From: an uncultured Candidatus Saccharibacteria bacterium
Lineage (GTDB): Bacteria > Patescibacteriota > Saccharimonadia > Saccharimonadales > JAGQNK01
Assembly: GCA_964636355.1 (NCBI GenBank)
Contig: CAZWRG010000002.1
Coordinates: forward strand, 32,746 to 96,745
Direction of reading: 5' to 3'
Length of the DNA: 64,000 nt
The translations under genes and the position numbers were made by a program. Each line of letters opens with the position of its first letter. The stretch's first letter is position 1. Below the pieces are notes generated by a model. It made no database searches. It saw nothing but the letters and a program-made list of their open reading frames with translations, and was not told the DNA's origin. Shown one piece after another: positions 26,835 through 41,055 of this stretch.

Positions 26835-28124
26835 ATGCAAGTAAAAATAACTCACCCAACCAAGACTCAGGCTGTTTTGACAGTCATCGCCGGCGACAAA
26901 GAGCTGGCTCCGATTAAAGCTCATGTATTGACTCATTTTAAAGATAGAGTCAAAGTTCCGGGCTTTCGAGCCGGTAAAATTCCAGCTGAAATATTAGAGA
27001 AAAACATTGATCCAAATGTTCTTCAGACCGAGTTTTTAGAAGACGCCATTGAGCAGCTTTATGTAGCCGCCGCCCAGGGCGAGAAGATCAGACCAGTTGA
27101 TCGCCCGAAGATAGATATTAAAAAATTTGTGCCTTATAGCACTTTAGAATTTGAAGCTACCGTAGACGTAATCGGCGAAATTAAACTGCCAGATTATAAG
27201 AAAATTAAAAAATCAAAACCGGAAGTTAAAGTTACTGCCGAGGACGTAAATGATGTTTTAAAGTCACTTCAGTCCCGTCTGGCTGATAAAAAGGACGTCA
27301 CCAGGGCCGCCAAAGATGGCGATCAGGTGTTTATTGATTTTTCTGGAGTTGACGCTAAGACCAAAGAGAAAATCAATGGTGCTGATGGCCAAAACTATCC
27401 GCTGGTGATTGGCAGCGGTACTTTTATCCCGGGGTTTGAGCCGGAGCTGATTGGGCTTAAAGCCGATGAGACTAAGACATTCACGGTGACTTTTCCAAAA
27501 GACTACGGCGTGGCAGCTCTAAAATCTCGCAAAGTCGAATTTACGGTGACCGTAATTAAGGTTCAGGAAGTTATTGAGCCAAAACTTGATGATCAGTTTG
27601 CGGCTAAAGCCGGGCCGTTTAAGACCTTAAAAGATCTAAAAGATGATATTAAAAAGCAGTTTGCTAACGAAAAGCAAACTAAAGCAAACCAGGATTTTGA
27701 GTCCGAGCTTGTTAAGCAAATCAGCGACAAAAGCAAAGTAGAGGTTCCTGAGGTTCTGGTTAATGATCAAGTAGAGCGGCTGCTAAATGAAATCAGACAA
27801 AACGTGGCTTACCGCGGTCAGACAATTAAGGAATTTTTTGAGCTGGAAGGCAAAACCGAGAAGCAATACAGGGATGAAATCCTAAAGCCCCAGGCATATG
27901 ACCGTGTAAAGGCCAGTCTGGTGTTGGCTGAAATTGCCGAGCAGGAAAAGCTTGACGTGACCGCAGAGGAGTTGGAAGCAAGAATGCAAAGTCTGAAGAA
28001 TCAATATCAAGACCCGCAGATGCAAGAAGAGCTTAACAAGCCCGAAGCCCGGCGCGATATAGCAGCTCGACTGCTGACTGAAAAAACAGTTAAAAAATTA
28101 ACAGATTACGCTACCACTAAATAA
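26835..28124 (+). CDS. tig: trigger factor
   Basis: N-terminal ribosome-binding GFRAGKIP motif, central FKBP-like domain (GDQVFIDFSG...FIPGFE) and the canonical position upstream of clpP. Confidence 0.9.
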   Translation: MQVKITHPTKTQAVLTVIAGDKELAPIKAHVLTHFKDRVKVPGFRAGKIPAEILEKNIDPNVLQTEFLEDAIEQLYVAAAQGEKIRPVDRPKIDIKKFVPYSTLEFEATVDVIGEIKLPDYKKIKKSKPEVKVTAEDVNDVLKSLQSRLADKKDVTRAAKDGDQVFIDFSGVDAKTKEKINGADGQNYPLVIGSGTFIPGFEPELIGLKADETKTFTVTFPKDYGVAALKSRKVEFTVTVIKVQEVIEPKLDDQFAAKAGPFKTLKDLKDDIKKQFANEKQTKANQDFESELVKQISDKSKVEVPEVLVNDQVERLLNEIRQNVAYRGQTIKEFFELEGKTEKQYRDEILKPQAYDRVKASLVLAEIAEQEKLDVTAEELEARMQSLKNQYQDPQMQEELNKPEARRDIAARLLTEKTVKKLTDYATTK

Positions 28125-28142
28125 TAGGATAATTTTCATGCT

Positions 28143-28700
28143 ATGAGTATAGAGTTCGATTCACAACCAGTCGTATCATTGAGAGCCGCATCGCCAGAGC
28201 AACAGCCCCAGCCGCGATTTGGCAGTCGCCTGACGCGTCCTGCTTTCTGGGCTCTGGCAACTAATCAAATTAATAAAATCTATGAGGTATTTGAGCAGAC
28301 TGGCCACGACGAAGTAATGTTAACAAACCCCACGATTAGCCCCTTTGTGCCAGCTGTTTCTGTTACTCGCGACCAAGACGGAGGCGGAAGTATATTAATA
28401 ACCTTTAAATCTATGGTTCGTCCATCCCGAAGAGAAAAAGAACTCCAGGTTCATTTTGCCAGAGATAATCATGAGTTAGATGACAACCACACCGTAAACG
28501 AAATATCCCAAATAAATTGTCATCGACGCGAATTTAGTGTTGGCTTTGGTAGGCCGATTTCTCATCAAGAGTTACACATTGACAATCAAGGTAAATTCAC
28601 CGGCAAATTGAGCCCAATTTCCGTTTTAATTGGGCTGGAAAGAGCCGTAATGTCCAGAAAACAGCTAAACCCACCAGCCGCACGGCAAGTTGAGCTATAA
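28143..28700 (+). CDS. hypothetical protein, 185 aa, inserted between tig and clpP
   Basis: Uninterrupted ORF with no recognised motif. Confidence 0.45.
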   Translation: MSIEFDSQPVVSLRAASPEQQPQPRFGSRLTRPAFWALATNQINKIYEVFEQTGHDEVMLTNPTISPFVPAVSVTRDQDGGGSILITFKSMVRPSRREKELQVHFARDNHELDDNHTVNEISQINCHRREFSVGFGRPISHQELHIDNQGKFTGKLSPISVLIGLERAVMSRKQLNPPAARQVEL

Positions 28701-28716
28701 CAAATTAGCGCCAAAA

Positions 28717-28754
28717 TTAGCACTCTTGACACGAGACTGCTAATTTCTTACAAT
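28717..28754 (+). promoter_or_regulatory. CIRCE-like inverted repeat (1 mismatch) overlapping a consensus clpP promoter
   Basis: TTAGCACTC (28717-28725), N9, GACTGCTAA (28735-28743). TTGACA (28726-28731), N17, TACAAT (28749-28754). The clpP ATG is at 28764. Confidence 0.75.
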
Positions 28755-28763
28755 TAAAGTACT

Positions 28764-29369
28764 ATGAACAAACCAACCAACGCTACATTGATTCCAACAG
28801 TTATTGAACAAGACGGCCGCGTGGAGCGAGCCTATGATATTTACTCCCGCCTATTAAAAGATAGGATTATCTTTTTGGGTGATGGCGTTAATGAGCACAC
28901 CGCTAATTTAATTGTTGCTCAGCTGCTGTTTTTGGACAACGAAGATACTAACAAAGATATATTCTTATACATCAATAGCCCTGGCGGCAGCGTATATGAC
29001 GCTTTGGCGATTTACGACACCATGAAGTATGTCAAATCAGACATCCAAACCGTGGGGATTGGTGTTCAGGCCAGCGCCGCGGCTTTTCTGCTAAGCTCAG
29101 GAACCAAAGGTAAGAGGTTCTTATTGCCTCACTCGACGGTTATGATTCATCAGCCAAGTTCAGGCACGCGCGGTAAGGTCACCGATCAGGAAATTGACCT
29201 TAGAGAATCGCTACGGGTAAAGAAACTACTGGAAGAAATTATGGCCAAAAACACTGGTCAAAAAGTATCCCGGATTCACGATGACATGGAACGTGACAAA
29301 TGGCTGACCGCTGAAGAAGCCAAAGATTACGGCATTGTCGACAAGGTTATCAAAACACCACCAAAGTAG
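28764..29369 (+). CDS. clpP: ATP-dependent Clp protease proteolytic subunit
   Basis: [24 protein letters not shown] and the MIHQP catalytic region. Confidence 0.95.
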   Translation: MNKPTNATLIPTVIEQDGRVERAYDIYSRLLKDRIIFLGDGVNEHTANLIVAQLLFLDNEDTNKDIFLYINSPGGSVYDALAIYDTMKYVKSDIQTVGIGVQASAAAFLLSSGTKGKRFLLPHSTVMIHQPSSGTRGKVTDQEIDLRESLRVKKLLEEIMAKNTGQKVSRIHDDMERDKWLTAEEAKDYGIVDKVIKTPPK

Positions 29370-29407
29370 TCTAGGGGCTACAGCTTATAGATGTGTTTTT
29401 GTCTTGC

Positions 29408-29437
29408 TGGGCTGGCCGCAGTTTTGAGGCCAGCCCA
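29408..29437 (+). terminator. 10-bp GC-rich stem-loop after clpP (no T-run)
   Basis: tgggctggcc (29408-29417) pairs with ggccagccca (29428-29437). It is followed by aaaacc, so its function as a terminator is uncertain. Confidence 0.35.
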
Positions 29438-29459
29438 AAACCAACTTTCAATTCAAATA

Positions 29460-29497
29460 GTACCATTAAAGTGTCCGATCGGACACATTAATGGTAC
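29460..29497. repeat. 38-nt near-perfect palindrome upstream of rpoB
   Basis: gtaccattaaagtgtccga|tcggacacattaatggtac: 19-nt arms, one mismatch, no loop. Confidence 0.85.
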
Positions 29498-29717
29498 AGG
29501 GTTGGCAACTTCTAGGTTAACCCTTGACTCAATATCCATAACTCTGTACTCTATACAGTAAGAAGTAGTGTACGTATGGGATGTGTTCAGCTGTAAGCAA
29601 TAAATTGAATACCAAAAACCCATTTTACGTAGTTAACTTTGCGCGCAAATATCAAAGTCAACATTAACCCCTAAACGACAGGGGATATAACAATATTAAG
29701 TGGGAGTTTTATAGCTT

Positions 29718-33283
<3,566 letters not shown>

Positions 33284-33284
<1 letters not shown>

Positions 33285-36200
33285 TGAGACGCTACAATTA
33301 CGGGACCGATATTGCTGATTTTGATGCTGTTAGGTTGGCGGTTGCCAATCCTGAAGACATCATGGATTGGAGTCATGGCGAAGTAACCAAGCCAGAGACT
33401 ATTAACTATCGAACCCAAAAACCAGAACGTGATGGACTGTTTTGTGAGCGGATTTTTGGTCCGGTCAAGGACATCAACCCTCACGATGCTAAATATAAAG
33501 GTGTTAGATCACGTGAAGCAGCCGTTGATAAGAATGGCGAAATCGTCACCAAAAGCATTGTTCGTCGTGAACGAATGGGTCACATTCAGCTGGCTTCACC
33601 AGTGGCGCACATTTGGTTCTTGCGCGGCACGCCATCAGCCGTTGGCTTGCTGCTTGGCATGACTGTTAAAAACCTGGAAAGAATCGTTTACTTTGCAAGT
33701 TATGTCATTAAATCTGTTGATACTGAAAAGCGCGACCAATATCTAGCTGATAAAGAAGCTGAGTTCGCAGCGGCTCAGGAAGCTATCAAAGCTCGCTTTG
33801 AAAAAGAAGCCGAAGCCGAGGACGCCAATGTTAAAGCTCTGGCTGAAATGCAAACCAAGGAGCTTGAGGAAGTTACTGCGCAATTTGAGCAGCTTAAGGA
33901 TCAGTTAACTGGACTTGAGAAGCTGGCTCTGATCAGCGAGAGTGATTACCGTGATCTGCCGGATGAGCTAAAAGACATGATTACTGTTGGAATGGGCGGC
34001 GCGGCAATCAAGGAGCTTCTAGCCGATATTGATCTTGACGCCCTAATTCAGTCGCTGACCGAGGAGGCTGAGGAGGCCAAAGGCCAACGCAAGAAGAAGC
34101 TAATGAAGCGACTTCGATTGCTGGAGAGCATGCAGCGGGCTAACATTCGCCCAAGCAGTCTTTGTGTTAGCGTTTTGCCGGTAATCCCACCGGATCTTCG
34201 CCCAATGGTTCAGTTGACTGGTGGACGTTTTGCGACCTCTGATCTTAATGATCTTTACCGACGAGTCATCAACCGTAACAATCGTCTTAAGAAACTGATT
34301 GAACTCAATGCTCCAGAAGTTATTCGCCGCAACGAACAGCGAATGCTTCAAGAAGCAGTTGACGCCTTAATTGACAACAACAATGCTCGTTCAGGACGTG
34401 CAGTAGCCGCTACTGGTCAACGCCGCCGCCTGAAGAGTTTGAGCGATCTGCTAAAAGGTAAGCAAGGTCGATTTAGGCAGAACCTGCTTGGAAAACGCGT
34501 TGATTACTCTGGTCGTTCAGTGATTGTGGCTGGTCCAGAGCTAAAAATTTACGAATGCGGTCTGCCAAAGATGATGGCCCTCGAGCTGTTTAAGCCATTC
34601 GTAATTGGTCATTTGATCGCTAACGAGCACGCTCATAATATTCGTTCGGCCACTCGAATGATTGAAACAGGTGAAACCGAAGTTTGGGACGCCTTAGACG
34701 AGGTAATTAAAGGCAAATACGTGCTGCTTAACCGCGCGCCTTCACTTCACCGTTTGTCAATTCAGGCCTTTCAGCCTCGGCTAATTGAAGGTAAAGCTAT
34801 CCAGCTTCATCCGTTAGTTTGTAAGGGCTTTAACGCTGACTTTGACGGTGACCAGATGGCTGTTCACCTGCCACTATCGGATGGCGCTCAAGAAGAAGCC
34901 AGAGAAATTATGGCTGCCAACCGAAACCTGCTAAAACCAGCCGACGGTTCACCAATTCTTCACATTGAACAAGATATTGTACTTGGCTGTTACTACTTGA
35001 CATATGATCGACCGGGCATTAGCAAACAGGCAAAAGCCTACAGCAGCCTGAACGAAGCATTAATGGCCTTTGACAGCGGTGCAATTACCCTGCAGAGTCT
35101 AATTAAGCTGCCTTTCCGCGGCGAAAATCGCGAGACAACGCTTGGCCGAGTTCTGTTTAACGAAATTTTCCCAGAAGATTTCCCATATCAAGATGAAGCG
35201 ATGACCAAGAAACGCCTCAACAGCGTGCTGGCGCTTTCTTACCAAAAATATGGTCAGGCTAAGACTGCTGAAATTGCTGACAATCTTAAAGACTTGGGCT
35301 TTGAATACGCCACACTTTCAGGACTCAGCCTTGGGATGACAGACTTCAGCGACCTTGAAGATCTGGACAAAATGTTGGAAGTGGCCGAAGAGCGAGCTAC
35401 TGAAATTAGTGATCAGTACGAGCAGGGCTTCATTACCGATGACGAAAGATATCGTTTGACGGTTGAGACCTGGATGGATGCTGATAAGACAGTTCAAGAC
35501 GCACTTTCCGAGCAATTTGCCGACGAAGACAGTTCAATGTCCATCGCGGTTGTGTCTGGTGCTCGTGGTAACATCGGTCAGGTTAAAACTGCCGTTGGTA
35601 TGCTGGGTGTCACAATGGACACCACCGGTAAAGCAATTGAGCTGCCAATTAAGAGCAACTATAAAGACGGTCTAACGGCGCTGGAATACTTTACGGCGAC
35701 CCGTGGTGCTCGTAAAACCATGATCGACACAGCGCTTAAGACAGCTGACTCGGGTTACTTGACTCGTCGTTTGGTTGATGTTTCACAAGATGTCTTTACT
35801 ATCGATGAAGATTCAGAGGCTGATGATCCAGGCTTTGCAATGAAACGAGCCGACGCCGAAGAAATTGGTGTTAGCTATGCTTCAAGATTGCGCGGACGAT
35901 TCGCCGCTGAAAATATCGATAAGCTGGTCAAGCGTGGTGAGCTGATCACTGATGAGATTGCTGAGAAAATCGAAGCTGATAAATCATTGGATGATGTAAA
36001 AATCATGAGTGTGCTGTCGGCTACATCTGTTAAGGGCGTGCCTCAAAAATCATATGGTCTTGACCCGGCAACCGGCGAGCTAGTGGCTAATCACCACCCA
36101 GTTGGTGTGATTGCTGCTCAGTCAATCGGTGAGCCAGGAACTCAGCTAACACTGCGTTCCTATCACGGTGGTGGTTCGGCGGCAGCTGAAGACATCACTC

Positions 36201-37111
36201 AAGGTCTGCCGCGTGTTGAAGAGTTATTCGAGACTCGGACACCAAAAGGTCAGGCTTATATTTCTGAAATCGAAGGAACAGCGGCGGTTTGGGAAGACGG
36301 TGATAACTACATCGTTCAGGTCACTGCTCCCGATGATCAATCGGTTACTCTGGATATTGGTGATCGAAAGGTTCAAGTGGCTGATGAGTCCGAGGTTGCA
36401 GTTGGTGATGTATTGGCCTCTAGCAAAGATGGCTCAAATCCGCTGATTGCTTCAATTGCCGGCAAAGCTCACGTAACCAAAAAACAGATCACAATTTCTG
36501 GCCTTAACGGACGAGTAGAGCGCTACGAGATCCCAGGCTTTAAGCAGCTGCAAGTAAAAGACGGCGACACAGTTACCGTTGGTCAACGGCTAACTAATGG
36601 TTCAATTAACCTGCACGATCTGATGCGAGTTTGCGGTGTGGAGGCTACCCAGCGCTACATCATGAATGACATCTTGCGTATCTTTGCTTCTCAAGGGCAA
36701 AATATTGCCGATAAACACCTGGAAATCATTGTTCGTCAAATGTTTAGTCGGGTTCAAATTGAAGACGCTGGCGATTCAGAGTTTGTAACAGGTGACATTG
36801 TTTCCAAGCTGGCGGTTGTAGAAGCTAACAAGAAATTAGCCCAAGCCAATAAGCAGCCAGTAGTCTTTAGTCAGCTGCTGCTAGGAATCACCAAAGCCAG
36901 CCTATCGACTGATTCATTCCTCAGCGCGGCCTCATTCCAAGACACAACCAGAGTTCTGATATCAGCCGCCACCAGCGGTAAGGTTGACAGACTTTACGGA
37001 CTCAAGGAAAACGTCATCTTGGGCCGCAAGATTCCAGTTGGTACCGGCTGGACACCTGAAGATTCAGAAGCTGACGTCGAAGAGCTGCTTGCAGAAGAAG
37101 TCGAACTGTAG
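33284..37111 (+). CDS. rpoC: DNA-directed RNA polymerase subunit beta'
   Basis: NADFDGDQMAVH catalytic motif plus trigger loop and bridge helix regions. The start overlaps the rpoB stop (TAATG). Confidence 0.97.
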
Positions 37112-37117
37112 CCCGCG

Positions 37118-37138
37118 AGAGGGAGTGACCCTCCCTCT
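37118..37138 (+). other. stem-loop just after rpoC stop (agagggag/ctccctct)
   Basis: 8-bp stem and 5-nt loop with no T-run. A GAGAGGG/CCCTCTC hairpin theme recurs at 47238-47262. Confidence 0.5.
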
Positions 37139-37383
37139 AGGGCGTTGCAACTGATGACAATTTCTGCTAAAATAACCAAGTTAATAATTTCAATCCGAGC
37201 CGGACGAAAAAAGCTCATAGGCATTAATGAGTTCGGATGTTACGGGTGAGTGCAGTTTGTGCAAATGTCACCGGATCGCATGGAGCGGTACATAAATTCC
37301 GCGAAAGAGCACCGCAAGAGATTTGCGCAAAATATGCTATCTGTATCAGCCGCGTCTGCCGCAGTAAGATTAAAGGAGAATAA

Positions 37384-37797
37384 ATGCCAACAATCAATCA
37401 ATTAGTGCGTAAACCACGCAAGAGCAAAGCCGAGAAGTCAAAATCTCCGCACTTGCACCGAGTGGTTAATACGCTCAAAACTACCAACTACGAAAAACCA
37501 GCGCCTTTTAAACGTGGCGTTTGTGTAAAGGTAACTACCAAAACCCCAAAGAAGCCAAACTCGGCGCTTAGAAAAGTCGCTCGTGTTCGGTTGAACAACG
37601 GTCACGAAGTGTGGGCCTATATTGGCGGTGAAGGTCACAACCTGCAAGAACACGCTGTGGTGATGATTCGTGGCGGTCGCGTAAAGGACCTTCCCGGTGT
37701 GCGTTACCACATTGTTCGTGGCGCACTCGACCTTCAGGGCGTACAAAACCGTAAAAATGGCCGTTCCAAGTACGGCGCCAAGAAGGAGGGTAAGTAA
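37384..37797 (+). CDS. rpsL: 30S ribosomal protein S12
   Basis: [13 protein letters not shown]..., [15 protein letters not shown] and GVRYHIVRG. Confidence 0.97.
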   Translation: MPTINQLVRKPRKSKAEKSKSPHLHRVVNTLKTTNYEKPAPFKRGVCVKVTTKTPKKPNSALRKVARVRLNNGHEVWAYIGGEGHNLQEHAVVMIRGGRVKDLPGVRYHIVRGALDLQGVQNRKNGRSKYGAKKEGK

Positions 37798-37799
37798 TC

Positions 37800-38057
37800 A
37801 TGGGTGATTTCTTATTTGAAGCAAAGCGTTGCCCAGCAACCGGGGAGCCTTGTCAGATATTAGAGGATGAAATTACTGGCTCATCTTTTGAAGTCAATCT
37901 TCGCTTTACTCTCGGTACAGCATGCAGGGAAGGAATGCGTGTAGCAAAAATGACTCAAACAGAACAGATTGAGTGTGGGCTGGAGTATGGTGCGCAGCTA
38001 GAAGCGGAACGCGCATCACGTGCAGCTGCAAAAGAAGCAGGAGTCTACTATGCCTAG
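37800..38057 (+). CDS. 85-aa 4-Cys small protein inserted between rpsL and rpsG
   Basis: ATG lies 2 nt after the rpsL stop, with SD aaggaggg upstream. The stop overlaps the rpsG start by 8 nt. Cys residues at 11, 18, 42 and 59 (CPATGEPC...). Confidence 0.55.
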   Translation: MGDFLFEAKRCPATGEPCQILEDEITGSSFEVNLRFTLGTACREGMRVAKMTQTEQIECGLEYGAQLEAERASRAAAKEAGVYYA

Positions 38058-38526
38058 GAAAGTTACTAAATCACTAGTTCGACCTATTCCCGCTGATCGT
38101 TTGTACAATAGCGTACAGGTTCAGCGCTTGATTAACCGCGTTATGTTAAACGGCAAAAAACAGCTTGCTGAACGATTAGTTTACGGTGGTATGCAAAAAG
38201 CTGCTGAGACTCTCAAGGTGGATAATCCGCTAGACGTGTTTGAGCAGGCGATGGCCAACATCAAGCCATCTGTTGAAACTCGTTCACGCCGTGTTGGTGG
38301 CGCTAACTATCAGATTCCTTTTGAAGTTAAGGGTCAGCGCCAGAATCACTTGACGATGATGTGGTTTGTGGCCGCCGCTCGAGCTCGTAAAGGCATGAGC
38401 ATGGAAGACCGCATTAAGCTAGAGCTGATCGATGCCTACAATGGTACAGGTGCGGCAGTTAAAAAGCGTGAAGACAACCACAAGATGGCCGAAGCTAACC
38501 GAGCATTCGCTCATTTTGCAAGGTAA
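38050..38526 (+). CDS. rpsG: 30S ribosomal protein S7
   Basis: MPRKVTKSLVRPIPADRLYNS...; start trimmed from 38020 to the ATG at 38050, which is preceded by aggag. Confidence 0.95.
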   Translation: MPRKVTKSLVRPIPADRLYNSVQVQRLINRVMLNGKKQLAERLVYGGMQKAAETLKVDNPLDVFEQAMANIKPSVETRSRRVGGANYQIPFEVKGQRQNHLTMMWFVAAARARKGMSMEDRIKLELIDAYNGTGAAVKKREDNHKMAEANRAFAHFAR

Positions 38527-38529
38527 ATT

Positions 38530-38802
38530 ATGTCTCCTGTATCAGGTGTGCCAGCTAGCTGCCAAGATAGATGTCCTCTGGAAGCCCTTCCCGAGAATCT
38601 GATCGTCGATTACCCATTTACAAAAAGATGTAATGGTCCGGTAATGGTAACGGATACGCCTGTTGATAATGAATTTGACATTGAAAATAGCGGCTACGTA
38701 GAAAGGGTTACACAGGATTCTAGAAAAATAGGAGCCAGAGCGTGTACGAACAATGGAGTTGCAATTTATTTAGATAAAATAGCGTCTGGAGAAGGAAAGT
38801 AA
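38530..38802 (+). CDS. 90-aa 4-Cys small protein inserted between rpsG and fusA
   Basis: ATG lies 3 nt after the rpsG stop. The stop overlaps the fusA start (TAATG). Cys residues at 11, 15, 34 and 72 (CQDRC...). Confidence 0.55.
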   Translation: MSPVSGVPASCQDRCPLEALPENLIVDYPFTKRCNGPVMVTDTPVDNEFDIENSGYVERVTQDSRKIGARACTNNGVAIYLDKIASGEGK

Positions 38803-40889
38803 TGGCAGCAAAGAAAACTGAGATGAAGAACATCCGCAACTTGGGCATCATTGCCCATATTGACGCGGGTAAAACAACCACAACCGAAGGTATTTTGTAC
38901 CGAACCGGCATCAAGCATAAAATTGGTGCAACTCACGAAGGTGAATCAACCACTGACTGGATGGATCAGGAGCGTGAGCGCGGTATTACTATCGTAGCGG
39001 CTAGCGTGACCTGTTTTTGGAAGGGTAATCAGATTAACATCATTGATACCCCTGGTCACATTGACTTTACAGTTGAAGTAGAGCGATCACTTCGTGTGCT
39101 TGACGGCGCTTGCGTGGTCTTTGACGGTAAGATGGGTGTTGAATCACAGTCTGAAACCGTCTGGCGTCAGGCCGACAAATATCACGTGCCGCGTATCTGT
39201 TTTGTCAATAAAATTAACCAAACCGGCGGTGATTTCTATAAATCACTCGATTCAATTCATAACCGCCTCAGCAAGCGAGCTTTCCCAGTTATGCTGCCGA
39301 TTGGTTTTGAGCAAAGCATCAATGGCGTAGTTGATTTGGTAGAGATGAAAGCCTTTACCTACACTGATTTCCACGATCATGAGTTGGTTGAGAGCGAAAT
39401 CCCAGCCGACATGATGGATCAGGTGAAAAAATATCGAAGTCTGCTAATTGAAAACGCAGTTGCCGAAGACGAAGCCATGCTTGAAAAATATTTTGAAGTT
39501 GGCGAAGAAGGTTTGTCAGTTGAAGAGATCAAACAAGCCATTAGAAGTGCTACTTTAACTGGACAGTTCTTCCCAGTCACCGGTGGTGATGGTCGGGGTG
39601 TGATTGTAGAAAAAGTTTTGGATATGGTAAATGATTACCTGCCAAGCCCACTCGATAACCCGTCTATTTGGGGCACTCACCCAAAGACTGGTGATGAGAT
39701 TGAGCGCAAAAGCTCTGAAAGCGAGCCTTTCGCAAGCTTAGCATTTAAAATTACCTCTGATCCGTTTGTTGGTAAGTTGGCATATTTCCGAGTTTATTCC
39801 GGAAAAGTAACCTCTGGATCGTACGTATTTAACAGCTCAACCGGCGAGAAAGAACGGGTTGGCCGTATTGTGCGCCTGCACGCTGACAAACGCGAAGAAG
39901 TCAGCGAAGTTGGCGCTGGTGACATTGCTGCCATTGTTGGACTTAAAGCCACTACCACTGGTAACACGCTGTGTGACCCCAATAATCCAATTGTGCTTGA
40001 AAGCATTGAGTTCCCAGAGCCGCCAGTTAGTATTGCGATTGAGCCAAAGACCAAGTCTGACCAAGAAAAGATGAGCTTGGCGCTGCAACGACTAGCCGAA
40101 GAAGACCCAACTTTCCGGGTTAGTGTTGATGATGAAACCGGCCAAACAGTTATTTCAGGTATGGGTGAGCTTCATCTAGAGATTTTGGTTGAACGTATGA
40201 AACGCGAATTCTCAGTAGAGGCTAACATTGGTGCGCCACAGGTTGCCTACCGTGAAACAATCCGTAAAGACGCAGTTGAAGCCGAAGGTAAATTTGTTCG
40301 CCAATCTGGTGGACGCGGTCAGTACGGTCATGTTTGGCTAAGACTTAGCCAAAACGAGGCCGGCAAAGGCTTTGAATTCATAAACTCCATTAAAGGTGGC
40401 GTCGTTCCATCGGAATACATCAAACCAGTTCAGCAAGGTATCGAAGAAGCTATGAGCAACGGTGTTTTGGCTGGCTATCCAGTGGTTGATGTTAAAGTGG
40501 AGCTTTACGACGGTAGCTATCACGATGTTGACTCCAGTGAAATGGCCTTTAAGATTGCCGGAAGTATGGGCTTTCAAGAAGGAGCTAAAAAGGCTAAACC
40601 AGTTCTTCTGGAGCCAGTTATGAAAGTTGTCGTGGTTACCCCAGAAGAATTCATGGGTGACGTCATTGGCGACCTCAACTCCAAGCGTGGTCGGATTGAA
40701 ACCATGGAAGATCTAACCGCTGGCATTAAAGAAATCACCGCTTTTGTGCCACTTGGCGAGATGTTTGGCTACACCACCAGCCTGCGTTCTATGACTCAGG
40801 GTCGAGCCAGTTCAAGCATGGAACTGGATCATTACGCCGACGTACCACCAAACGTCGCCGAAGCTATCATCGCCAAAAACAGTAAGTAG
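38802..40889 (+). CDS. fusA: elongation factor G
   Basis: [27 protein letters not shown] and NKINQ G-domain motifs; 695 aa. Confidence 0.97.
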   Translation: MAAKKTEMKNIRNLGIIAHIDAGKTTTTEGILYRTGIKHKIGATHEGESTTDWMDQERERGITIVAASVTCFWKGNQINIIDTPGHIDFTVEVERSLRVLDGACVVFDGKMGVESQSETVWRQADKYHVPRICFVNKINQTGGDFYKSLDSIHNRLSKRAFPVMLPIGFEQSINGVVDLVEMKAFTYTDFHDHELVESEIPADMMDQVKKYRSLLIENAVAEDEAMLEKYFEVGEEGLSVEEIKQAIRSATLTGQFFPVTGGDGRGVIVEKVLDMVNDYLPSPLDNPSIWGTHPKTGDEIERKSSESEPFASLAFKITSDPFVGKLAYFRVYSGKVTSGSYVFNSSTGEKERVGRIVRLHADKREEVSEVGAGDIAAIVGLKATTTGNTLCDPNNPIVLESIEFPEPPVSIAIEPKTKSDQEKMSLALQRLAEEDPTFRVSVDDETGQTVISGMGELHLEILVERMKREFSVEANIGAPQVAYRETIRKDAVEAEGKFVRQSGGRGQYGHVWLRLSQNEAGKGFEFINSIKGGVVPSEYIKPVQQGIEEAMSNGVLAGYPVVDVKVELYDGSYHDVDSSEMAFKIAGSMGFQEGAKKAKPVLLEPVMKVVVVTPEEFMGDVIGDLNSKRGRIETMEDLTAGIKEITAFVPLGEMFGYTTSLRSMTQGRASSSMELDHYADVPPNVAEAIIAKNSK

Positions 40890-41055
40890 CCATAGAGAAA
40901 AAGCCGGAAGAATAATACTTGAAACTTTCGGCTTTCTAACATATACTTTCAGGGTAACTCGCGTGAGGGCTTTTGCTGTTATGCAGTAAATATGGATCGC
41001 GAAAATACATAAAATAATTCATTAAACCCTTATAAATAACAAGGAGTCCATACAT

